From Planctomycetota bacterium (GTDB lineage: Bacteria; Planctomycetota; UBA1135; UBA2386): a stretch of DNA of 64,000 bases. The DNA is taken from the NCBI GenBank assembly GCA_965223545.1, contig OZ245006.1:4320001-4384000 (forward strand), written 5' to 3'. The position numbers and the translations under genes were made by a program. The first letter of the stretch is position 1. Each line of letters starts with the position of its first letter. The notes under the pieces are model-generated. The model made no database searches and was not told where the DNA came from. It saw nothing but the letters and a program-made list of their open reading frames with translations. Positions 38,601 to 47,872 of this stretch are shown here, in pieces.

Positions 38601-39551
38601 ATGCGCGACCTCGCCCCCTGTCTCTTCGTGCGCAAGACCGTGCCGAAGGTGTGGGGCGGAGGAGGGTTGGCCGAGGAGTTCGGTTTCACCGCGCAGGCAG
38701 ACCTGCCGATCGGCGAGACCTGGGAAGTCTACGACCGGCCGGACGGGTCCAGCCCGGTGCGCGGCTCGTCTTCGACTCTGGCAGACCTCGTCGCCGAGCA
38801 CGGCGCGGCGTTGCTCGGCGACGGCGTCGCGCCGGCCTGGGGTGGGCGGTTTCCGCTGGCGGTCAAGTTCGTCGATGCCGGCCAGGCGCTGTCGGTGCAG
38901 GTCCATCCGGACGATCCCATGGCGGCGGCCGAGGGCGACTCGGGCAAGGCCGAAGCGTGGGTCGTGCTGCGGGTCGCGCCAGGTGGGACGATCCGTTGTG
39001 GCGTGCGCGCGCCGGTGACCGCGGCCGCGTTCCGCGCGGCCGTCGACAACGGCGAGGTCGTGGCCTTGTTGGACGAGTTCACGCCGGCAGTGGGTGACGT
39101 CGTGCACGTCCCGGCCGGCACCGTGCACGCGATCGGTCCGGGGGTCCTCGTCTACGAGGTTCAGCAGAACTCGGACATCACCTACCGACTGTTCGACTAC
39201 GGCCGTGACCGGCCGCTGCACGTGGAGCGCGGGCTGCGCGCCGCGCGCTTGGCGCCGGGCGCGCACCGGCGCAGCGGGTTGGCCACCGAAGGACGCGCGC
39301 TGTTGGTCGACGATCCCGCGTTTGCCCTTTGGCGAATGCCGGTCCGCGGGGCGACGCCGTTCGACAGCGGCGGGGTCTGCGCGCTGATGACCGCGATTCG
39401 GGGCGGCGGCCGAGTGCGTTGGGGCGGAAGTGCTGCGCACGACCTGAGCTTCGCCGCGGGCGACACGGTCTTGGTGCCGGCCGGCCTTGGTACAATCGAG
39501 GTCGATGCCGCCGCCGACCTTCTCGTCGCCCAGCCGCGGCGCGGAAAGTAG
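38601..39551 (+). CDS. manA: Type I mannose-6-phosphate isomerase
   Basis: KVWGG, IGETWE, FPLAVKFVDA, LSVQVHP, GKAEAW, GTVHAIG, EVQQNSDITYRLFDY. Confidence 0.9.
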   Translation: MRDLAPCLFVRKTVPKVWGGGGLAEEFGFTAQADLPIGETWEVYDRPDGSSPVRGSSSTLADLVAEHGAALLGDGVAPAWGGRFPLAVKFVDAGQALSVQVHPDDPMAAAEGDSGKAEAWVVLRVAPGGTIRCGVRAPVTAAAFRAAVDNGEVVALLDEFTPAVGDVVHVPAGTVHAIGPGVLVYEVQQNSDITYRLFDYGRDRPLHVERGLRAARLAPGAHRRSGLATEGRALLVDDPAFALWRMPVRGATPFDSGGVCALMTAIRGGGRVRWGGSAAHDLSFAAGDTVLVPAGLGTIEVDAAADLLVAQPRRGK

Positions 39552-39570
39552 GAGCCGCGCGCCGCAGTCG

Positions 39571-41295
39571 GTGCGGCGGGCCTACGTTTGGAGCGCGGTC
39601 GCCATCGCGCTGGTGCTGGGCACGCTGCTCGCCGAGTTCGGTGGCTACGCCCGCAACACCCTGCGCAATCACCCGGCCTGGGCGTCGGGCAAGCTGCTGC
39701 TGGCGGACGCGGTGATGGGCGCCGGTCAGGCGTTCGAGACGCGCAACCTCCTGCACGGCAACCGTCTCAATCTCGGCGAGTGGCACGGTTTCAATCAGAT
39801 CCTGCTCAACCGAGTGTTTGCCCTCGGCGAACTCGAGGCCGACGTCCGGCTGGCCCAGGGGGCGTACGTGCACCTCTTGGTCGGCGGCACGGCCGAGGGT
39901 GCGCGCGCGCTGCGGCTGAGCCGGTCGGGCAAGCGCCCTCCGGCGATCATGCACCTCACCGTCCGCGGTGAATTGCGCGATGTGCGCCCGGTGTCCGGTG
40001 CGCGCTCCGGCGACGACTGGCATCGGGTCCGCGTGCGCGCGACCGAGGACCGGGTCCTGTTCGAGCTCGACGGCGCGCCGGTGGCCGAGATCGCGGGCGG
40101 GCTGCCGGACCGACAGGTCGTCGGCTTCTGGTCGGGGCTTCACCCGGTGACGGTCGACAACGTGCGCGTCACCGACGCGGCGGGCGCGGTGGTGATCGAC
40201 GAGGGGTTCTCGCTGGAGGCCAACGCCGGCGTCCGCCGGCTGGCTTGCATCGCGGGGGTGCTCCTGCTCGTGGGGGCCTACGTCGGCACCGGGCACTGGC
40301 TCGGCGCCGATCCGCGGCGAAACCTGTTCCGGCTCGTGGGATTCGCCTTCGTCGGGGCGCTGGTGTTGCTCTCCCTGTTCGCCTTCGATCGCTACTGGTG
40401 GTCGGCGCGCTATCCGTACGAAGGCCTGATCCCGTGGCGTGCCGAGCACGACGCGCGGGGTGGGCTCGAGAGCTTCCGGCGCGGTGTGTTCGCTCCGTTC
40501 TCGGTGTTCGATGCAGCCGACGCGGTCGGCCCCGAGGCGCGGGTTGCGCACCGGCGGTTCGCCGACCTGCGCTCCTTCTTGGGGTTGCGGTCTCGCGAGA
40601 GCGCCGCGGAAGTGCAGACCTTGACCTGGGACCCGGCTGCGCCTCCGGCGACTGCGGTCGGGGTCGCGAACCCGACCCTGGAGGAGTTTTCCAGCGTCGT
40701 CGCCGCCCGCGACGCGAGTGGCAGCTACGACGTCGCCTGGCTCGGCACGTCGCAGACCTGGGGTTCCGGCGCGGCGCACGGACTCGAGCGGCTCGCCAGT
40801 CGCGCGACCGAGCAGCTCTACTACCGAAGCGGTGGGCGGATCCCGATGGGCAGCTTCAACTTCAGCCGTTGCGGCAGCTACATCGATCAGCTCGTGCAAG
40901 AACGCTGGCCGTCGATCGTCGACCTCGGGCCGGACGTGATCGTGCTCAACCTCGGCAACAACGACCATCCCGACACCTTCGAGGCCGACCTGCGCGACCT
41001 CGTGGTCCGCGCCAAGCGCGTCACCGATGCGGTGCTCGTCGTGCTGGAGGCGAAGAACAACGAGCGCGTCTACGGCAATATCCGCCGCAACCACGCAGCG
41101 GCGCGCCGGGTAGCAGGGGAACTCGCGGTTCCGGTCTTCGACCTGCACGCCCATCTGCTCACCGTCCAGCAAGAGGACCGCGGCCTGCTGTTCTGGGATC
41201 CGGTGCACCTGACGAGCTTCGGCCAGAAGCTGGCCGGGGAAGCGCTGGCCGCGGCCATCGTGCGGCACTTCGGTGCTCCGCGGCTCGGCTCCTGA
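39571..41295 (+). CDS. Membrane protein with a lectin-like region and C-terminal SGNH/GDSL hydrolase domain
   Basis: Block I LGTSQTWG, block III LNLGNND, block V DPVHLT; TM segments; start uncertain. Confidence 0.72.
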   Translation: MRRAYVWSAVAIALVLGTLLAEFGGYARNTLRNHPAWASGKLLLADAVMGAGQAFETRNLLHGNRLNLGEWHGFNQILLNRVFALGELEADVRLAQGAYVHLLVGGTAEGARALRLSRSGKRPPAIMHLTVRGELRDVRPVSGARSGDDWHRVRVRATEDRVLFELDGAPVAEIAGGLPDRQVVGFWSGLHPVTVDNVRVTDAAGAVVIDEGFSLEANAGVRRLACIAGVLLLVGAYVGTGHWLGADPRRNLFRLVGFAFVGALVLLSLFAFDRYWWSARYPYEGLIPWRAEHDARGGLESFRRGVFAPFSVFDAADAVGPEARVAHRRFADLRSFLGLRSRESAAEVQTLTWDPAAPPATAVGVANPTLEEFSSVVAARDASGSYDVAWLGTSQTWGSGAAHGLERLASRATEQLYYRSGGRIPMGSFNFSRCGSYIDQLVQERWPSIVDLGPDVIVLNLGNNDHPDTFEADLRDLVVRAKRVTDAVLVVLEAKNNERVYGNIRRNHAAARRVAGELAVPVFDLHAHLLTVQQEDRGLLFWDPVHLTSFGQKLAGEALAAAIVRHFGAPRLGS

Positions 41296-41407
41296 AGCGC
41301 GGCTGGGGCGCGGTCCGGGCGGCCGAGCCTTTGGATGTATCGAGAATGGCATCCCACCGCCGGCGCGGATGCGGTACATGTTGCTCCGCTCCGTGCCCAC
41401 CGCTGCC

Positions 41408-42241
41408 ATGGCTGCCCGCAAGCCCCCCAAATCCACCGGCCGCGGCCCGCGCCGCCGGCCCTCGCCGCGTCGTCTGCTCAAGGTCACCCCGACCGAGAGT
41501 CGGGTCGTCGGCGACGGCAAGATTCGCCTGAACCGCTTTCTGTCCCAGGCGGGGATCTGCAGCCGACGGGCCGCCGACGAGCTGATCGCCCAGGGCCGCG
41601 TCACCGTCAACGGCGGGCAGATCAGAGAGCTCGGGGCACGCGTCGACCCGCTGCACGACCAAGTCTGCTTCGACGGCGAGCGGATCGCGGCCGAGAAGCC
41701 GGTCTACGTGCTGTTCAACAAACCAAAGGACGTGGTCTGCACGAACGCGCGCCACGAGGTGCGGCGGCGGGTGATCGACTTCTTGCCCGACGTCCGCGGT
41801 CGGATCTACACCGTCGGCCGGCTCGACGCGGACTCGCAGGGGCTGATCCTGCTGACCAACGACGGCGAGTTCGCGCAGGCCGTTGCGCATCCGCGGCACG
41901 GCGTGCCGAAGACCTATGCGGTGCTGGTGCGCGGCCGGGTCGAGCGCGGCGCGCTGGACAAGGCGCGCGGCGGCGTCTGGTTGTCCGAGGGCCGGACGGC
42001 GGGTGCGGGCGTGCGGATCGAACGGGTGACGCGAGAGCGGACCTACCTGCGCGTCGTGCTGCGCGAGGGCAAGAACCGCGAGATCCGCCGGGTCTTCGCG
42101 CGCCTCGGCCATCCCGTGGTGTCGCTCAAACGCATCCGCATCGGTGACCTCAATCTGCATGGCATGCGCCCGGGCGGCTACCGCTTTCTGACCGCGGCGG
42201 AAGTGCAGGGGCTGTTGGCGCTCGCGCGGGGCGCATCGTGA
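41408..42241 (+). CDS. rluB: rRNA pseudouridine synthase (RluB/RsuA family)
   Basis: S4 domain RLNRFLSQAGICSRRAAD; FNKP; VGRLD; EGKNREIRR. Confidence 0.85.
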   Translation: MAARKPPKSTGRGPRRRPSPRRLLKVTPTESRVVGDGKIRLNRFLSQAGICSRRAADELIAQGRVTVNGGQIRELGARVDPLHDQVCFDGERIAAEKPVYVLFNKPKDVVCTNARHEVRRRVIDFLPDVRGRIYTVGRLDADSQGLILLTNDGEFAQAVAHPRHGVPKTYAVLVRGRVERGALDKARGGVWLSEGRTAGAGVRIERVTRERTYLRVVLREGKNREIRRVFARLGHPVVSLKRIRIGDLNLHGMRPGGYRFLTAAEVQGLLALARGAS

Positions 42242-43548
42242 GCCGGACTCGAATCCACCGCGCGGTGCTGGACAACGGCATGCGGGTCCTCGTGGTGCCG
42301 CGTCGCGGGCTGCCGGTCGTCGCGACCACGATGGGATACACGGTTGGATCGCGCGACGAGCGCACCGGCGAGACCGGCCTGTCGCACTTCCTCGAGCACA
42401 TGATGTTCAAAGGAACCGCGCGCTACGCGAAGGGCGAGATCGATCGCCTCACCAGCGTGCTCGGCGGCAGCAACAACGCGTCGACCAGCCAAGACGTGAC
42501 TCTGTACTACTTCGCTCTGGCCGCCGACCGCTGGCAGTGTGCTCTCGAGATCGAGGCGAGCCGGATGACCGGCTGCACTCTGGATCCCGACGAGTTCGCC
42601 GCCGAGAAGAATGTCGTGCTCGAGGAGATGGCGATGGGCGAGGACGACCCGTGGAGCCGGCTGTACCACGCGGTGGAGGCCGAGGCCTATCGGGTCCACA
42701 CCTACCGCCACCCGATCATCGGCTGGCGGCAGGACGTCGAGGGCGTGTCGGTGGACGCGATGCGCGCGTTCTACGAGCGTCACTACGGTCCGAACCGCGC
42801 GTTCTTGGTGGTGGTGGGCGACGTCGCGGCGAAGGAGACCATTGGCCAGGTCGAGCGGCTGTTCGGCGCGCTGCCGCCGTCGGCGGCGCCGCGCGATGAG
42901 GTCAACGCCGAGCCCGCGCCCGGCGGGCCGCGGTTGTGCATCGAGCACTTCTTCGCGCAGACCGACGTGGTGCGGATCGCCATCTGCATGCCGACGTGCC
43001 GCATGGACGAGGACGACGACTACGCCTTGGAGGTCGCCGGCCACGTGCTGGGCGGCGCCAAGTCGAGCCGGCTCTACCGGCGCCTCGTGCTCGAGGACCA
43101 GCTGGCGACCATGGTGTCGGTGTTCAACGAGACGCGGCTCGATCCCGGCTTGTTCTCGGTCGCCATCGAGCTGCGCAGTGGCGTCGATCCGGCCGCGGCG
43201 GAACGCGTCGTCGAAGAGGAGTTCGACCGACTGCGGCGCCGCGGGCCGACGGTGGGCGAGCTGCGGCAGGCGCACACCCAGCTGCGGGCGGCGCATCTGT
43301 TCGAAGCAGAGACCGTGCTCGATCTGGCACAGCGCATCGCGCGCTACGAAGCCGCCGCGGTGGGCGGCAGTGCTGCGATGGACCGCGCCGCCGAGCGTTG
43401 TGCCCTGGTCGGCAAGGCCGAGGTCAAAGCGGTGTTGGCGCGCTATGCCGAACGTCGGCGGTGGACGGTGGCGCGCCTGTTGCCCGAGCCGCCGTCGAGG
43501 TCGGGGCGAACCGGCGGCCGCGGCGCGCGGGAGGTGGCACGGCAATGA
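42238..43548 (+). CDS. M16 (pitrilysin/PqqL-like) zinc peptidase, catalytic subunit
   Basis: GLSHFLEHMMFKGT (HxxEH), NAST, YRHPIIGW. Confidence 0.92.
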   Translation: MSRTRIHRAVLDNGMRVLVVPRRGLPVVATTMGYTVGSRDERTGETGLSHFLEHMMFKGTARYAKGEIDRLTSVLGGSNNASTSQDVTLYYFALAADRWQCALEIEASRMTGCTLDPDEFAAEKNVVLEEMAMGEDDPWSRLYHAVEAEAYRVHTYRHPIIGWRQDVEGVSVDAMRAFYERHYGPNRAFLVVVGDVAAKETIGQVERLFGALPPSAAPRDEVNAEPAPGGPRLCIEHFFAQTDVVRIAICMPTCRMDEDDDYALEVAGHVLGGAKSSRLYRRLVLEDQLATMVSVFNETRLDPGLFSVAIELRSGVDPAAAERVVEEEFDRLRRRGPTVGELRQAHTQLRAAHLFEAETVLDLAQRIARYEAAAVGGSAAMDRAAERCALVGKAEVKAVLARYAERRRWTVARLLPEPPSRSGRTGGRGAREVARQ

Positions 43549-44825
43549 CGAAGACCGGAGCGCGGACGGTGCGGCGCGCGGCGCGCGATGTGCGGCTGCG
43601 AATCGGCGAGCGGCGGCTGGCCAACGGCCTCACCCTGTTGGCGGTGCGCAATCCGCACGTCGCGACGTTTGCGGCGGGTTTGTTCCTCGACGTCGATCGC
43701 CGCGACGAAGGGCCGGGGCAGCACGGCCTCGCCAATCTGGTCGGCGATTGCCTGGACGAGGGCACGGTCAAGCGCGATGACCTGCAGCTGGCGGCGCAGC
43801 TCGACAAGATCGGTGCGACGCTCGACGGGCATTCTTCGGGTGGCACGGTGCAGTGCCCGGCGGAGAGCGCCCGCCGCGGTCTCGGCTTGTTGGTCGAGGT
43901 GGTGAACCAACCGGCCTTTCCGGCCGCCAAGGTGCGCCGCGTCAAGGACGAGATCGTGCAGGAGTTGTTGACCGATGCCGACGACCCGCGCACGGTGGCG
44001 GCCGACCGATTCCGCCAACGGGTGTACGGCCGGCACCCCTACGGTCGTTCGGTGCGGGGGACCGCGCGCGCGGTGCGCGGCTTCTCGCCCGCCGACCTGC
44101 GCCGATTCCACGCGGCGCAGTTTCGGCCCACGCGGGGCTACTTCGCCGCGGCCGGGCCAGCCGCGGTCGACGCGATGCTGGACGAGCTCGAGCGCGCCAG
44201 CCGGGGGATGCGCGGCAGCAAGCCGGAGCGGGCCCCACTGCGCGCTCCAGGTCTGCCGGACGGTGTGCGGGAGGAGCACATCGCGATGCCGCGCGAGCAG
44301 GTGCACGTCTACCTCGGCCACGTTGGCGTCGCGCGCACGCATCCCGATTTCTACGCGTTGTCGGTGATGGACCACATCCTCGGCACGGGCCCGGGCTTCA
44401 CCTCACGCATCGCGCGCAGTCTCCGCGACGAGCAGGGGCTCTGTTATTCGGTGGACGCGAGCATCACTCGGGATGCGCGCGACGAGCCCGGCGTCTTCGC
44501 CGCGTACATCGGGACATCGCCGCAGCACCGGGGCCGCGCGATCGCCGGCTTTCGCGACGAGATGCGGCGGATGCGGGAGACGTTGCCGAGCGAGGACGAG
44601 CTGCGCGATGTGCAGGCATATCTCACCGGCAGCTTTGTCTGGCAGCTGGAGCGCAACGCGAGCCTCGTCCGCTATGCGGTCCGCGCAGCGCACTTTCAGC
44701 TGGGCATGGACTACGTGCGGCGCTACCCGGACCTGATCGGCGCCGTCACGCGGGAAGAGGTGCAGCGCGTGGCAGCTGCGCACCTGCACCCCGAGCAGGT
44801 GGCCATCGTCAGCTGCGGCGGTTAG
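43545..44825 (+). CDS. M16 family peptidase, non-catalytic partner subunit
   Basis: M16 features (YGRHPYG, SRIARSLRDEQGLCYSV) without HxxEH; ATGA-coupled to the catalytic subunit. Confidence 0.88.
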   Translation: MTKTGARTVRRAARDVRLRIGERRLANGLTLLAVRNPHVATFAAGLFLDVDRRDEGPGQHGLANLVGDCLDEGTVKRDDLQLAAQLDKIGATLDGHSSGGTVQCPAESARRGLGLLVEVVNQPAFPAAKVRRVKDEIVQELLTDADDPRTVAADRFRQRVYGRHPYGRSVRGTARAVRGFSPADLRRFHAAQFRPTRGYFAAAGPAAVDAMLDELERASRGMRGSKPERAPLRAPGLPDGVREEHIAMPREQVHVYLGHVGVARTHPDFYALSVMDHILGTGPGFTSRIARSLRDEQGLCYSVDASITRDARDEPGVFAAYIGTSPQHRGRAIAGFRDEMRRMRETLPSEDELRDVQAYLTGSFVWQLERNASLVRYAVRAAHFQLGMDYVRRYPDLIGAVTREEVQRVAAAHLHPEQVAIVSCGG

Positions 44826-44861
44826 CGTTCGACGACTCACCCGAACCGTTCTCGACGAGCC

Positions 44862-45386
44862 ATGCGCATCTCCCTGTTTTGTCTGGCGGCGCTCGCCATG
44901 CCGCTGATCCAGGATCCACAGCCGCAGGCCGACTCCGTCGCCATCGCAGTCGGCAAGCCAGCGCCGGCGTTTCGCCTCAACGACAGCCAGGGCAAGGCGG
45001 TCGCGATCGGCGGCGCGGCCGGGCACTGGACCGTCCTGGCGTTCTACCCCAAGGCGGCGACCCCGGGTTGAACGAAGGAAGTCTGCTCGCTGCGGGACGC
45101 AGCGGCGAACTTCGAGGAGATCAACACCGTGGTCTACGGCGTCAGCACCGACGACGTCAAAAGCCAGGCCGCGTTCCGCAAGGCGCAGAACCTCGCCTTC
45201 GAGCTGCTGAGCGATGTCGACGCCAGCGTCGCCGCCAAGTACCAGGTGATGATGAACGGGCGCCCCTTTGCCCGCCGCGTCACCTTCGTGCTGGACCCCA
45301 AGGGCATCATTCGGCTGATCGACGACAAGGTGGACGTCAACGCCCACGGCACCCAACTCGCCACCCGCATCCGCGCCCTGCAGTAA
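44862..45386 (+). CDS. Exported Bcp/PrxQ peroxiredoxin, probable selenoprotein (UGA at 45069-45071), 174 aa
   Basis: Two track ORFs join in one frame across TGA: FYPKAATPG-U-TKEVCSLRD...VYGVSTD...FELLSD...RRVTFVLDPKGII; TGA occupies the peroxidatic Cys site. Confidence 0.88.
45072..45113 (+). promoter_or_regulatory. Putative bacterial SECIS hairpin
   Basis: Stem CGCTGC (45088-45093)/GCAGCG (45099-45104), loop GGGAC starting 22 nt after UGA; outer stem GAAGT/ACTTC. Confidence 0.65.
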
Positions 45387-45413
45387 GTACGGAGTCCGGC
45401 TCGATTTTCTCGC
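45383..45413 (+). repeat. 31-bp direct repeat copy 1 (GTAAGTACGGAGTCCGGCTCGATTTTCTCGC), REP-family variant
   Basis: Identical to 45769-45799; contains the TAA stop of the peroxiredoxin gene. Confidence 0.92.
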
Positions 45414-45460
45414 GTGATGGACGTCCGGTTGCCCGTCGCTCTGTCGCCGAGAAGGTTGTC

Positions 45461-45772
45461 ATGCGACGACTCCCGCTCTTCCTCTTGTTCGCGTTCCTCG
45501 TCGGTGTCAGCGGCCAGTCGGCAGCGGCGCAAACTGTGTTGGTCAACGGCGCGCGGCAGGCGCCCGGCACCGTGCAGATGCAGCCCGGCGACACCGTCAC
45601 CGTAATCAACGACACCGGCGACGACGTGACGATCACCTTCCCGGGTCGCCCCCCGCTCGTGAAGATCCTGAAACCCGGCGACCGCTGCACGTTCACCGTC
45701 ACCGGCGGCGGCAGCGGACCCATCACCATCAACGGCGCCGCCGGCACCTGGAAGCTCGTCATCGACCCGTAA
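45461..45772 (+). CDS. Small secreted beta-sandwich protein (103 aa), cupredoxin-like topology without obvious Cu ligands
   Basis: RBS GAAGG; signal peptide ending AAAQ; VQMQPGDTVTVIND...LKPGDRCTFTV. Confidence 0.75.
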   Translation: MRRLPLFLLFAFLVGVSGQSAAAQTVLVNGARQAPGTVQMQPGDTVTVINDTGDDVTITFPGRPPLVKILKPGDRCTFTVTGGGSGPITINGAAGTWKLVIDP

Positions 45773-45799
45773 GTACGGAGTCCGGCTCGATTTTCTCGC
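45769..45799 (+). repeat. 31-bp direct repeat copy 2
   Basis: Identical to 45383-45413; contains the TAA stop of the small gene and abuts the stop of the convergent gene. Confidence 0.92.
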
Positions 45800-46791
45800 T
45801 ACAGCTCTCGCGCGAGGCGTCGGGCGCGATCGTTGGACCAACCATGACTGACGATCGCGGCTTCGAGTCCGCAGTCGGGGTGTAGATCGAACGCGCGCCG
45901 GAGTGCCTCGAAGATCCAGTCGGGCTCGTTACCGAAGGCGCCGCCGCCCAAGAGAGTGAGGAACAGCCGCCGGCTCGCGCCGCGGCTGGCATTCAGCATG
46001 GCCGCGCAGATGGTTGCCTCGTAGGCGGCCTCGAGGATCAGCTTCGCGAGCGGTGCCCAAAGCTCCCGTGCGTGAGGCGTGTAGGCGACCGGCATGGCGG
46101 AGCAGTACGCCTGCGACACGACGTGAGAGGCGTCGCCGAGGGTGACTTGGGTGTCCCATTGGATGCCGATCTGCAGCGACTGACGCAGTGCATCGGTCCC
46201 GATCTCGCCGAGGGATGCCAGCTTCCAGTTGATCTCCTGGAGTCCGTTCTCGGTAGGCAGGGCGTAGCCGTTGACCATCTCCCACAGGGCCCCTCCGGAA
46301 TTGCCGAGCAGCTCGCCAATCGCCGCGAGGCAGTCGATTTGTCGGTTGGCGGACTGGCCCGGTTTGCCGTCCACTTCGACGAAGTAGTTCCGATAGATCG
46401 TTCCCGCTCCCGCGGCGATGGCGCAGGACGGCCCTTGTGTGAAGTCTTCCTCGTAGACACCCACCCCGCTCTCCGGCGTCACCATCGGCGACGCCATCTC
46501 CAGCAGGTTGAACTGCGAGGCGACCTGGAACAGTGCACCGCGGTTGCTCGGGTCTTCGTGCAGAGCCCGAACGTCAGCGACGACCTCCTCCGCGGACAAT
46601 GAGACGTCGGGGGGGCGCAAAGCCCGCGCTCGCGCCCTTAGCTCGCGAAGGCTGACCAGCTCCAGCTGTCCGCAGCGCCACTCCCCTCCGTTGGTCGATG
46701 AGCGCAACACTCCACTATCCACCGAGAGCAGCGCGCGCACCTGCTCCGGCGAGTCTTCGCGACACCCGGTCAGCTCTTCGAACCAGGTCAT
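45799..46791 (-). CDS. Conserved hypothetical protein, possible macrodomain/PARG-like fold
   Basis: FQVASQFNLLEM, TQGPSCAIAAGAGTIYRNYF, SQAYCSA, LTLLGGGAFGN. Confidence 0.65.
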   Translation of the reverse strand: MTWFEELTGCREDSPEQVRALLSVDSGVLRSSTNGGEWRCGQLELVSLRELRARARALRPPDVSLSAEEVVADVRALHEDPSNRGALFQVASQFNLLEMASPMVTPESGVGVYEEDFTQGPSCAIAAGAGTIYRNYFVEVDGKPGQSANRQIDCLAAIGELLGNSGGALWEMVNGYALPTENGLQEINWKLASLGEIGTDALRQSLQIGIQWDTQVTLGDASHVVSQAYCSAMPVAYTPHARELWAPLAKLILEAAYEATICAAMLNASRGASRRLFLTLLGGGAFGNEPDWIFEALRRAFDLHPDCGLEAAIVSHGWSNDRARRLAREL

Positions 46792-46810
46792 GAATCGGGA
46801 GCCCGGAGGC

Positions 46811-47872
46811 TCATTCCGCCAGCAGCTGCACGATCAGAGACTCGAGCTCCGCATCGATCTGTTCAAGGCCGCGCAGCTTTGCCCGGATGCGCCCTCTGCG
46901 ATCGATGACGAAGACCGAGGGCCAGCCGACCGCTCCCACTGCCCACGTTGAAGCGATCGGGCCATCGGTCCCGTCGGGACCATCCCAGAAGTTGCGCCAA
47001 GGCATGCCCACGCGGCGAGCCGTCGCGCGTCCCTGCGCCCGGTCCGGGTCGCCGCACACGCCGATGTAGACCAGTGCTGGATCGGCCAGCGATTGCACCA
47101 GGCGGCGCGCCGTCGGCACGAGCGCCAAGCACGGTTGGCAGAAGGATGTCCAGAAGTCCAAGACGACGACCTTGCCGCGGTGGCTGGCAAGATCGAGCGG
47201 TTCCCCCGCCAGATCCTGCCCCATGGTCGGAGGAGCTTCTGCGCCGAACGCCAGGTCCACGAGCTCACGCCGTTGCGCCCGCGCTCTCGCGCCGACGGTG
47301 TCTCCCTCGCGTCCCCCGGGCACGCGAAGCGCGCCGTACTCGTGCTCGAGCGCGTCGTAGAGCTGTGTCGCGGCATCCCGCTGGGCTGCCGGTAGGGTGT
47401 CCCATCTCCGGTCGATGGCGAGCCGACCGAACGCGCGCGCCGACAAGAGCTCGGCCCGCACGCGATCTTCGGTGGCTGCCGACTGCAGCGTCGCGAGTGC
47501 TCCGTCGTAGTGCATCAGCTCGGCAGCCAAGGCGTCGCCCGCGAGCCCGCGGAAGTCGGGCACGAACTGCCTCGTCAACAGCGAGGACCAGCGCTGCGTG
47601 TCGGAGGCTCGCTCGGCGAGAAGCTCGAGGGCTCGAGTGCGCACCGAACGCGTTGCTCGCCGCGGCCCTTGCTCGCAGAGCCGCGCAACCTCGGTCATCG
47701 CTCGCCAGAATGTCCCCCGCGACCCCTCGATCGCGGACGCGCGCGTGAGCGCGGCGTCCGCGAGAGTGGCGAAGTGCTGGCTCGCGTCGCGTTGTGGCTC
47801 TTGTGCGTGGCCTTGACCGGTCCATGCGATGAAGGCCGCCATGGACCACGTGGAGACCGAGGCTCGCGTCAT
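46811..47872 (-). CDS. TlpA/ResA-like thiol-disulfide oxidoreductase with an N-terminal helical extension
   Basis: GKVVVLDFWTSFCQPC, WPSVFVIDRRG; signal-like N-terminus; ATGA overlap. Confidence 0.85.
   Translation of the reverse strand: MTRASVSTWSMAAFIAWTGQGHAQEPQRDASQHFATLADAALTRASAIEGSRGTFWRAMTEVARLCEQGPRRATRSVRTRALELLAERASDTQRWSSLLTRQFVPDFRGLAGDALAAELMHYDGALATLQSAATEDRVRAELLSARAFGRLAIDRRWDTLPAAQRDAATQLYDALEHEYGALRVPGGREGDTVGARARAQRRELVDLAFGAEAPPTMGQDLAGEPLDLASHRGKVVVLDFWTSFCQPCLALVPTARRLVQSLADPALVYIGVCGDPDRAQGRATARRVGMPWRNFWDGPDGTDGPIASTWAVGAVGWPSVFVIDRRGRIRAKLRGLEQIDAELESLIVQLLAE

Noticed and set aside
44862..45386. Peroxiredoxin as two ORFs or a nonsense pseudogene
   Set aside because: The stop is UGA exactly at the catalytic Cys position, the frame is intact on both sides, and a SECIS-like hairpin follows.
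45383..45799. 31-bp direct repeats as a CRISPR array or integron attC sites
   Set aside because: Only two copies, with a 355-bp gene-containing interval; no cas genes, no RYYYAAC/GTTRRRY boxes and no integron integrase in the window.
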